Made by a program: the position numbers and the translations under genes. Under the pieces are notes generated by a model. That model searched no databases and was not told the DNA's origin. It saw only the letters and a program-made list of their open reading frames with translations. Below, one piece after another: positions 56,371 through 64,000 of a DNA stretch of 64,000 nucleotides (position 1 is its first letter; the number at the start of each line of letters is the position of its first letter). Origin of the DNA: a virus; the IMG/VR virus record IMGVR_UViG_3300032562_000016; one strand, written 5' to 3'.

Positions 56371-57906
56371 TTAAGTTTTGATGATGAAGTAAATACCTAA
56401 ATATGGAGAAATCGTACTAAATGCAGTGCTTGATCCTGTGTTTCCAATGGTTGTCGTAACGTTTGCATAGCCGGTATTTGTGTTGTAGTTACCAGATGCT
56501 CCAACATCAAGACCTCCACCACCACTACTAGCAGCGTTCGGGTATGCTCGAATAGCGTGTATGTGGCCTGAGTCAGTAGATACAGCAGTATGGCTATGGC
56601 TTGGAAGTTGCGCAGAAGAAGTCAAAGCTGTTGTAGCTGCACCGCCCGTAGAAGCTACTGATATTGCAGATAAAGTTCCAGTCAAACTGGTTGAGGATAA
56701 AGTCTGGGTTACGCTGACCGTGTAAACACCAACCCCTCCAAAAGTTCCAGATACAAATCCAGTAATAGTCGTACCAGAAGCCACGCTACCACCTGTAAGA
56801 ACTTGATTAACACCAATAGTTCCAGATCCAAGGGCGGATACAGTTAGAGTAGTTCCTGAGATACTTCCTGTAAATGAAGATGTGCTTCCAGATGTAGCGC
56901 CAATTGGCATAGCCCCAGCATAATTAGGCAACAAGAAAGTACCGCTTGATCCGCCAAACGTATACCCCAATACGCTAAATAATGCAGAGTAAGTAGAAGT
57001 AGAAACTCCTTGGCCATTACATAGCAAATATCCTGTAGGCGCACTAGAAGTGGCCCACATATTAATAGTGCCTGTTGGAACGGTAAGGATTGAACTGGTC
57101 GAAGTTTGAACAAAAGCTGTAGTGGCTATGTTTACTGAATTATCCCCAGTGGGCATAGTTGGAGCTATTGCCCCCGCAGCGCCTGTAAATGTTGTTCCGC
57201 CCGATACCGTCTGAGATATATTAACCGTCCAAGTAGTACCACTTCCGCTGATAATCTCGGTTCCGCTTGTAACTCCTGTTCCAGAAATCCTTTGACCAGG
57301 AAAAATTACCCCACTGGCTATGGCGCTAACCGTTAAAGTTGTTCCAGAAATACCACCTGTAAATGATGCGGCAGTATAAGCTCCTAAAACCCCGGCAGCA
57401 GATAAATTGCCTACATCCGTTGAATTTCCAGTAACACTTAGGTTACCGTTGATATTAAAGTTACCAGCCGATCCTGTTTGTGCAGAGTAAAAGCCAGCTC
57501 CAGATCCTGTGGCATTTGCTGCATCGCAATAACATTGAGCCGTAGTTCCAGACGAGCCGTAAGGAATAGCTAAAGTAGTTGATCCACCTGTCGCAGACAT
57601 AGTTATAGTCTGACCGCACAAGTTAACAACAATATACATCTTATTAACCAGGGGAGCTACGATAGTTACCCCAGCACTTGGGCTTCCTGTAAACACAAGA
57701 ACCATGCTCCTGGCGTCATCTACAGTGCCGTTATATGCCTGTAATGTATAGGTAGTTAACCCCGTTAAACTGATCGGCCTGACGCCGGAAATAGACTGTT
57801 CAAGCAAAGTTCCAAGGTTAGTATTGGTTGTATTGCCCCAGGTTCCTGACTGGTCGCCCGTGCCCATAATGGCCAGTCTTAGTGATGTTGAGTACGTTGT
57901 TGACAT
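56371..57906 (-). CDS. tail fibre/spike-like protein
   Basis: 511 aa, G/S/T-rich. Confidence 0.5.
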   Translation of the reverse strand: MSTTYSTSLRLAIMGTGDQSGTWGNTTNTNLGTLLEQSISGVRPISLTGLTTYTLQAYNGTVDDARSMVLVFTGSPSAGVTIVAPLVNKMYIVVNLCGQTITMSATGGSTTLAIPYGSSGTTAQCYCDAANATGSGAGFYSAQTGSAGNFNINGNLSVTGNSTDVGNLSAAGVLGAYTAASFTGGISGTTLTVSAIASGVIFPGQRISGTGVTSGTEIISGSGTTWTVNISQTVSGGTTFTGAAGAIAPTMPTGDNSVNIATTAFVQTSTSSILTVPTGTINMWATSSAPTGYLLCNGQGVSTSTYSALFSVLGYTFGGSSGTFLLPNYAGAMPIGATSGSTSSFTGSISGTTLTVSALGSGTIGVNQVLTGGSVASGTTITGFVSGTFGGVGVYTVSVTQTLSSTSLTGTLSAISVASTGGAATTALTSSAQLPSHSHTAVSTDSGHIHAIRAYPNAASSGGGGLDVGASGNYNTNTGYANVTTTIGNTGSSTAFSTISPYLGIYFIIKT

Positions 57907-57915
57907 AGTAAGTCC

Positions 57916-58641
57916 TTACTGACTGTTGTTTATCTTTACCCAAACGGTTGTTTGACCGTTATTGAGCTGTGTCCAAGTTTCTGATTGACTGTCATTGATC
58001 TGTGCCCAAGATGTACTTTGAGCACTATTTACCTGGGTCCATGTCTCAGACTGTGCATCGTTTACCGCAGCCCAAGTCACTATCTGACTATCGTTGATTC
58101 TAAACCAACCCCCCACGGCGTTCAAGTCAAGGAATGAAAGCAGCTCGGTTATAGCCTCGACAAACTGGGCGGTAATAGTTGGGGAATCTTTAAGGCTAAA
58201 TGCCTCCGTTATGCTGACCGATGTGTTGACAGTTGCAGTTGGAGTATCTGCTAAGCTGAAGTTCTGGGTAATAGACTGGAGGAAAGCTGAAGTCTGGGTG
58301 CTTGAGTCTGCAAATATCAGGTTTTCTGAGATAGAGTTAACAAAAGCCCAAGACTGAGTATTGGAATCGGCTAAGCTAAAGTTCTCTGAGCGCGTCTCAA
58401 GGAATGAGGACTGCTGAGTATTTGAATCGGCAAAAGATACTGGCTCCCCGATACCTTCGATATAGGTGTCAATCTCGCTATTAAAGTCGGTAAAGATTAA
58501 AGGCTCTGATAAAGCCAAAGGGAAATTGGCGGTAATGGTCGGAGTATCCGCAAACCCAACGTTCTGAGTAATCGTTATGATGTACTGAGTTGACCCTAGG
58601 GAAGCAAAGGGGGGTTGGGCGAATGCGGCGTAGCCAAACAT
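57916..58641 (-). CDS. repeat-containing fibre-associated protein
   Basis: 241 aa; roughly 20-aa FADSxTQ repeats and a C-terminal run of six 10-aa W-x3-N-x2-Q repeats (WAAVNDAQSETWTQVNSAQSTSWAQINDSQ...). Confidence 0.45.
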   Translation of the reverse strand: MFGYAAFAQPPFASLGSTQYIITITQNVGFADTPTITANFPLALSEPLIFTDFNSEIDTYIEGIGEPVSFADSNTQQSSFLETRSENFSLADSNTQSWAFVNSISENLIFADSSTQTSAFLQSITQNFSLADTPTATVNTSVSITEAFSLKDSPTITAQFVEAITELLSFLDLNAVGGWFRINDSQIVTWAAVNDAQSETWTQVNSAQSTSWAQINDSQSETWTQLNNGQTTVWVKINNSQ

Positions 58642-59216
58642 TATTCGTATTGAATGTTGATTGATCCTGCGTCAAATGTGTCTGTGCCGTTGACTGTGGT
58701 CAAAATAACACGATCAAGCGTTCCTGAAAGAGATACATGCCCCCCGCCTGTCGTAATAGCAACATTGTTTGACCATCCTGTTGTAAATGAACAGGTCCAC
58801 ACATTTCCCGTTTGTAATGCTAAAATCATATTGCCGCTCATTGTGGTTGCGGCAGTTTGACCTGTGGAATTTAAAGCAAAACCCGAACTATAATTTGTTA
58901 TTTGCACCGAACCTATATGCAATAAATAAGCTGTTGCGCCATTATACCCGGAAGTTGTTGCTGACCCGGAACCCAATTGAATAATTGGGTTGCTTGTTCC
59001 ACTTGTGGAAACGCCCTGAAACATCACAGTAATGCGCTTAGCATAGCTAGGTATTCCAGTAAACGTAATAGCCGTACCAGACGTACTAGCTTGAGCAGTT
59101 CCACTGACAATATTAGTAGATAAGCCCTGTACCGCAACTGTTCCTGCTCCAGATGGAAATGATAAGCTTGGATTGCCCGATCCACCCATACCCGCTTGGA
59201 CTATGGTTAAACTCAT
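58641..59216 (-). CDS. tail fibre-like protein
   Basis: 191 aa, G/S/T-rich. Confidence 0.45.
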   Translation of the reverse strand: MSLTIVQAGMGGSGNPSLSFPSGAGTVAVQGLSTNIVSGTAQASTSGTAITFTGIPSYAKRITVMFQGVSTSGTSNPIIQLGSGSATTSGYNGATAYLLHIGSVQITNYSSGFALNSTGQTAATTMSGNMILALQTGNVWTCSFTTGWSNNVAITTGGGHVSLSGTLDRVILTTVNGTDTFDAGSINIQYE

Positions 59217-59428
59217 GGAAGCGTCTCCATAAATGATTTGATTTGATCAGCAGTCATTGCCGTTCCTGTTGCGTCTTCAAGAGCTACTCCGTTGGCTAGG
59301 TCAGCTTTGAATTTAGTGTAGTCTGTGTTGGCAGGGTCGAAAGGAATAATCATTCCATCAGATAAACGAATGACGCAATTTAAAGGTATAAGTTTGTACA
59401 TTTTTATAGCTCCGCTGAGACAGCCCAA
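59213..59428 (-). CDS. small fibre-module protein
   Basis: 71 aa. Confidence 0.35.
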   Translation of the reverse strand: MGCLSGAIKMYKLIPLNCVIRLSDGMIIPFDPANTDYTKFKADLANGVALEDATGTAMTADQIKSFMETLP

Positions 59429-60483
59429 CCAAACAAAGACATTAAACCAATGCCTGGTAAAACCGTAAATCCATATTGACTATCTCCAGAATAAACAGAA
59501 GTAAGAGCACCTACATTGTTAGCCAAGGAAAGCCCTCCACCAGTCAATGTTGAATATCTACTTGCAGTTCCAGCAGCATCCCAATATTGGAAACCAGCAT
59601 TGCTTCTTTTTGTTACCTTATATTGAATTGTTCCACCCATATAGCTACTTGAAGTTGGGTTAACAGTTGCTGTTATGTGTAATCCAGCATAAGTTCCTGT
59701 AACAGAAGTCCCCGACGCAGTGGCTTGATCATACGATTTCTCATAATACCTCTGACACAAAGCCAACTCAGTACCATACTGTCTATATTCAAACGGAGTG
59801 GCTGTGCTTCCTGCTTCTAGCTGTACGCCTGTGATGTAGAAGGTTGCACCGTTAGTTCCGACTACGGATGTTGCGCCTGTGGTTGATATATATAAAACCC
59901 CTGCCCACGAACCAGCAGTGCCACTATAAGTTGAACCGGTACCAAGACTAAAATTAACGGTCATTCCAATACCGTTAGTTGTTAACCAAGTTCCACTTGT
60001 ATCGCCAGGAATAGTCACTGATACTGCTGTCCAAGTGTTAGCAGAAGATACGGTATAGCTAAAAGGGTAGCTTCTTGAATACCCAGAATTATTAACAGAA
60101 CCGCCAAAAGTTCCTGTTAACGATGAATAAACTTGAAACGATAAAGTAACGGTTTTTGCATTAGATGTACCCCATCCCAAATCGGCAATATTCAAACCTT
60201 CAATAGATTGGTACAAGCCAAAATAATCTGTTGCGCCAACAGAATAAGCAGATGAAGATATTGCTTTTAATGACGAAATATATCCCGATGGGTAAGTAGA
60301 TGTGTCTTGTGAGACTGTTGCTTTAGTTGAAACTGAAGCATTGTAAAACCACCTATCTACTGTATAAGCTGCTGTTGTAACAGAAGTTGCTCTTTGATTG
60401 ATTGCCATCGCACCATTAATGATCCTATTCCTAAACGTAGGATTGCTAGAGCCGTACTGTGCTATTGAGATTGCATTGGTCAT
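59404..60483 (-). CDS. tail fibre/structural protein
   Basis: 359 aa, S/T/G/Y-rich. Confidence 0.45.
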   Translation of the reverse strand: MTNAISIAQYGSSNPTFRNRIINGAMAINQRATSVTTAAYTVDRWFYNASVSTKATVSQDTSTYPSGYISSLKAISSSAYSVGATDYFGLYQSIEGLNIADLGWGTSNAKTVTLSFQVYSSLTGTFGGSVNNSGYSRSYPFSYTVSSANTWTAVSVTIPGDTSGTWLTTNGIGMTVNFSLGTGSTYSGTAGSWAGVLYISTTGATSVVGTNGATFYITGVQLEAGSTATPFEYRQYGTELALCQRYYEKSYDQATASGTSVTGTYAGLHITATVNPTSSSYMGGTIQYKVTKRSNAGFQYWDAAGTASRYSTLTGGGLSLANNVGALTSVYSGDSQYGFTVLPGIGLMSLFGWAVSAEL

Positions 60484-60656
60484 TTTCCTACTGCCTCAAG
60501 TTGTGCTTGCGTTGGTTGTGCAAATGTTGGGTGTTCCCATTTAGCTATGTAGTCGCCTTTGCCGTCTGAGTCGTTTTGTAGTTGGATTGTTCCTCTTGGA
60601 GAAAAATCTTCGTCAGTTAATGATGGGTATATTGATTTGATTTGATCGTATAACAT
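60480..60656 (-). CDS. small protein (58 aa, below cutoff)
   Basis: Manual translation MLYDQIKSIYPSLTDEDFSPRGTIQLQNDSDGKGDYIAKWEHP...; ATGA/TAATG overlaps with both neighbours. Confidence 0.35.
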   Translation of the reverse strand: MLYDQIKSIYPSLTDEDFSPRGTIQLQNDSDGKGDYIAKWEHPTFAQPTQAQLEAVGK

Positions 60657-61687
60657 TAAGCGCTCCTAACCATTACTGCTTGAAAAAATGTTTGATCGGA
60701 ACTACCTTGTACAATTGGAGATACTCCAGTTAAATAACCCCAACCTTCAACATAATCACTTGAACCGTTTAAATAAACTAATGATACTACTTCAGCGGGA
60801 GTATTTGATCCGTTATTAAATTGACGTTTATATAAACTTCCATTTTTATATATTGCAGATTGTGTTGCTGTTGTAGCTGAATTTGGAGAAATTGCTACTT
60901 GAATTTGATAATATCCAGCTACAGTAGGTGTAAATCTGCTAGATGAATACATTCCACTTGTAGTATCAAATTCAGTAGTTTGAAACAAAATTTTTGTAAA
61001 TGTGCTTGAACTAATAGATTGATTAGAACTTGGATAAGCACTAAAAGCTGGCATATTACCGCTAACCATTGCAGTACCAGATACAGCAGGTAAAGTTATA
61101 TTACCGCCACTTGTAGGTAATGTTGTGAGGTTTGCTAATTGGCTAGACCCAACCGCACCTGAAGCTATATAAGAACCTGTCACCGCGCCCGCAGTAGCAG
61201 GGATGGCATTAAGAACAGAACTAACCAAGAAGCTCTCTATCGTTACCGTATCCCCTGTTGTACACCCATTGTTTAAAACTACCGTAGTTCCGTTGGTTGC
61301 TGTGTAGTCTGGGGTCGGCAGGTATACACCGTTTCTGTATACATTAATAAACCCTGCTGTGTAGCTAGGCGGTGAGAATGTAGTCTGTCCTGATGTTGCA
61401 GTAAAGTTAGTTACTGTTCGGTATGCAGTTGTTGTGACATTAGACGCAGGAATGCCTAGATACCTGGCTGATATATTTCCTGTTCCGCTTGGCGGTGCGC
61501 CCGAGAAGGTCAGCGTTGTACCTGATACTGAATATGTACTCGGATCTTGAACAACACCTGATACAACCACCAAGACGGACGCAGTATTCGCAGGTGCAAC
61601 AGACATTGTAAAAACAGTAGTCGAGTTATTCCCGTTGAACGTATCTACTACGAACGCTATTTGGTACGGTTGATTTCCAATGTACAT
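60656..61687 (-). CDS. tail fibre paralog A (shared N-terminal anchor domain MYIGNQPYQ...)
   Basis: The first roughly 70 aa are homologous to the N-terminus of 61750-63381 (MYIGN...FSG...TLTFSGAPPSGT). The C-terminal domain is different. Confidence 0.55.
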   Translation of the reverse strand: MYIGNQPYQIAFVVDTFNGNNSTTVFTMSVAPANTASVLVVVSGVVQDPSTYSVSGTTLTFSGAPPSGTGNISARYLGIPASNVTTTAYRTVTNFTATSGQTTFSPPSYTAGFINVYRNGVYLPTPDYTATNGTTVVLNNGCTTGDTVTIESFLVSSVLNAIPATAGAVTGSYIASGAVGSSQLANLTTLPTSGGNITLPAVSGTAMVSGNMPAFSAYPSSNQSISSSTFTKILFQTTEFDTTSGMYSSSRFTPTVAGYYQIQVAISPNSATTATQSAIYKNGSLYKRQFNNGSNTPAEVVSLVYLNGSSDYVEGWGYLTGVSPIVQGSSDQTFFQAVMVRSA

Positions 61688-61749
61688 TTAGCGGATCTCC
61701 ATTAGGACCAAAGTATTTAAACCTGTATTGTCTATTGTTGAGAGTGGCA

Positions 61750-63381
61750 TTATGCACCTACCTTTGCTTTAAGTGCGGCTATGTCTGCTGCTTGTTGTGT
61801 GATGGTTGCATTGAGTTCTTGGATTGCTGATACAAGATACGGCACTAGGTTTGGATTAATACCATATAGAGTATCTGAACCAGTTAAGGTTTTTTCGTCT
61901 GGACTTGCAGCGTGTTCTTGAACTTGGTCAGGCAATACAGTTTGAAATTCTTGAGCAATAAATCCAGAGTCAGACTTTTTGGTTAAAATATAATCAAAAG
62001 TTACTGGTCGTAATTTAGTAACGGTTTCTAAACCAGTTGTAATGGTTGCTACATTTTCTTTGATGCGTGAATCAGATGTTGTTGACCAACTTGATGAGTT
62101 GTTTCCTTGGTATACACCACCAGTTCCAGGAGCAATAAAACCAGTTGATGAGCCTTTTCCTGTTTGTGATGTTGTTCCAATAACTATTTCATTCGTTGCA
62201 CTTGAACTTCCAGCTTGAATTCCTGTTCCAATATAAACACCATAATATCCTGTGCTTAGATTTGAACCAGCTTGTGAACCTACAAAAACACAAGAACCAA
62301 CAGTTTGTGCGTAACCAGCCTGATAACCGAGAGCTGTTGTATTATTGTTTGATGCTAGAGAATATAAAGCCTGATAACCTACTGCGGTGTTATTAGAGGC
62401 TGTGGTGTTGGAGTAAAGAGCATTTAAGCCAAAAGCAGTATTATCTTGTCCAGTTGTGTTTGATGCTAAAGAAGCATGACCAAAAGCACTATTGTTTGCT
62501 CCAGTTGTATTTGCAACTAAACTATAATTACCAAAAGCATTATTTGCTGAAGCAGTTGTATTTGCGTTTAATGCACCTTTACCTACTGCCACATTATCAG
62601 CACCTGTAGTATTTAAATAGAGCGCTCCAGATCCAATAGCAGTAATTGGTGAACCTGTTGTATTTGAATATGCAGCCAGATAACCTACTGCGGTATTGTT
62701 AGAAGCGGTGGTGTTTGAATAAAGGGCGTTATAACCTAGTGCTGTGTTATAAGATGCGGTGGTGTTTGAATAAAGGGCGTTATAACCTAGTGCAGTATTG
62801 AAAGCACCTGTTGTATTTAATCTATTTGCAGCATGACCAAAAGCAGAATTACCGCCGCCAGTTGTTGTGTTTTGCAAACTTCCCCAACCAAAAGCATTGT
62901 TTGAAGAACCGCTTGTAATTGCATTTAAAGCATTAACACCAAAAGCATGGGTATATCCGCTAGTATTTGTGCCACCAATAGCACCAGCACCAACCGCAGT
63001 AGAATTAGCATCACTACCACCACCTAAACCAACAGTAAGACCATGAATAGTTGCATCTGCAGTAGTTACTACAGTACCATTTGCTAATTGACTAGTACCC
63101 ACAGTACCAGGGCTAGGTGCTATAACTTGAGTAATTAAGCTTGTATATTCTACCCAAATATTATTTGTACCGCTTGGGGGCGCAGAGGCAAACGTAATCG
63201 TATTGCCTGAAACTGTATAAGCTGATCCTGGGTTCTGTGTGACGTTAGCCACTACCACTAACATCTGATATGTAGATGCAACCGGACGAGACAGTGTAAA
63301 AACTGTGGTCGAGGCATTCCCGCTGAAGAAGTCTACAGCAGGTGTGTAAGCTTGGTTGTTTGGGGTATTGCCTATATACAT
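61750..63381 (-). CDS. tail fibre paralog B with C-terminal S74-type intramolecular chaperone/autoprotease domain
   Basis: C-terminus SDSRIKENVATITTGLETVTKLRPVTFDY...GFIAQEFQTVLPDQV matches the peptidase S74 chaperone signature. Central 17-aa beta-helix repeats (NTTASNNTAVGY...). A 38-nt perfect tandem repeat lies at 62705-62742 and 62756-62793. Confidence 0.65.
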   Translation of the reverse strand: MYIGNTPNNQAYTPAVDFFSGNASTTVFTLSRPVASTYQMLVVVANVTQNPGSAYTVSGNTITFASAPPSGTNNIWVEYTSLITQVIAPSPGTVGTSQLANGTVVTTADATIHGLTVGLGGGSDANSTAVGAGAIGGTNTSGYTHAFGVNALNAITSGSSNNAFGWGSLQNTTTGGGNSAFGHAANRLNTTGAFNTALGYNALYSNTTASYNTALGYNALYSNTTASNNTAVGYLAAYSNTTGSPITAIGSGALYLNTTGADNVAVGKGALNANTTASANNAFGNYSLVANTTGANNSAFGHASLASNTTGQDNTAFGLNALYSNTTASNNTAVGYQALYSLASNNNTTALGYQAGYAQTVGSCVFVGSQAGSNLSTGYYGVYIGTGIQAGSSSATNEIVIGTTSQTGKGSSTGFIAPGTGGVYQGNNSSSWSTTSDSRIKENVATITTGLETVTKLRPVTFDYILTKKSDSGFIAQEFQTVLPDQVQEHAASPDEKTLTGSDTLYGINPNLVPYLVSAIQELNATITQQAADIAALKAKVGA

Positions 63382-63382
63382 A

Positions 63383-63709
63383 TTAGATCGCCGTCATCGC
63401 TGAAATCCACACATCGCCAGAAGTAGCTGTGCCGTTTTGCACATACAAGGCATCACTTGCAATCAGTACTACTCTGCTTCCCTGAATCACCTCAAGAGAA
63501 CCACCAGCCGGAACAGTGGCTTGATAGACCAAATAGTAATTAACCGCTGAACGCGTAATATATACAGAAGTCGTAATGGGGGATGCTGTTGTATTAGATA
63601 CGATCAAACTGGCAATAGCTACTGTGCCCGAACTAATCGAAGAAATAACCGCCACCGCTGATGTACCAACGTTCTTATAGGCATAGGATGTATTTGCGTA
63701 TGTGGTCAT
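63383..63709 (-). CDS. small S/T-rich structural protein
   Basis: 108 aa. Confidence 0.4.
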   Translation of the reverse strand: MTTYANTSYAYKNVGTSAVAVISSISSGTVAIASLIVSNTTASPITTSVYITRSAVNYYLVYQATVPAGGSLEVIQGSRVVLIASDALYVQNGTATSGDVWISAMTAI

Positions 63710-63710
63710 G

Positions 63711-64000
63711 TTAGCCCATCATAAAAGATTGAAAGTATGCGCTCTGATCCGGCACGTTTGAATATGCAGAAAACTCAGAGGGGTATGTACAGAACACCGT
63801 CAGTGTATCTGATGTGCTAAAACTAATCAGCGAAGTGTTTCCTGAACTATTAGACAGCACCGTTGTGCGAGATAGCGTATTACCAGAGGAAGTATAAGAA
63901 CCAATCCCAACTTCCCAAGTAGCCGCAGTAGGATCTACGATTGTGTAATAAGTGGAGTTGCCGTTACCAATCCCGTTAGAGAATGTTTGAAAGCTGTTTA
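63711..64000 (-). CDS. structural (fibre-like) protein, 5'-partial (start lies beyond the window)
   Basis: Open minus-strand frame to the right edge. Stop TAA at 63711-63713, immediately before the next ATG. Confidence 0.4.
   Translation of the reverse strand, partial: NSFQTFSNGIGNGNSTYYTIVDPTAATWEVGIGSYTSSGNTLSRTTVLSNSSGNTSLISFSTSDTLTVFCTYPSEFSAYSNVPDQSAYFQSFMMG

Noticed and set aside
1-64000. Integrase/excisionase, repressor or attP (temperate lifestyle)
   Set aside because: No tyrosine/serine recombinase, CI-like repressor or tRNA-adjacent att site is discernible. The gene content looks strictly lytic.

Overview
This 64-kb window is the genome, or most of it, of a virulent tailed dsDNA phage of a Gram-negative host. 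It encodes no integrase. The host call rests on a Tat signal, an embedded Rz/Rz1 spanin pair and a GH19 endolysin. Overall GC is moderate.

Layout:
- Left late block (1-17645, minus strand): TerS, TerL, portal, scaffold and capsid candidates, many small Lys-rich proteins, and three inserted homing endonucleases (GIY-YIG, EndoVII-like, HNH).
- Early block (17879-22725, plus strand): about 25 tiny, translationally coupled genes.
- Replication and accessory block (22708-30353, minus strand): Toprim primase-like protein, SF2 helicase, ParB-like nuclease and a tandem paralog family.
- An 1161-bp region with no ORF of 60 aa or more (30354-31514). It is hairpin-dense, and about 1.4 kb if the weak ORF 31515-31748 is spurious.
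- Recombination and accessory block (31795 minus, then 32163-39196 plus): VRR-NUC, Cas4-like PD-(D/E)XK nuclease, HNH-AP2, SPFH/band-7 protein, ERF annealing protein and a CopG-like ribbon-helix-helix (RHH) DNA-binding protein.
- Right late block (39273-64000, minus strand): a 2125-aa virion giant protein with an HExxH motif, an SLT-domain protein, low-complexity structural proteins, a lysis cassette (holin candidate, Rz with embedded Rz1, GH19 endolysin) and a battery of tail-fibre paralogs.

Most notable non-coding signals:
- Two canonical type-I hammerhead ribozymes sit between early cistrons.
- The ORF-free region carries three long hairpin units bracketed by direct repeats.
- The hairpin arms share a 10-mer (ACAAGAATGA) with four identical 18-nt gene junctions (GCAAGGGGACAAGAATGA) in the plus-strand accessory block.
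- A perfect 44-bp inverted repeat pair (16830-16873 / 39232-39275) brackets the whole 22-kb central early/replication/recombination module.

No tRNA or CRISPR array could be supported.
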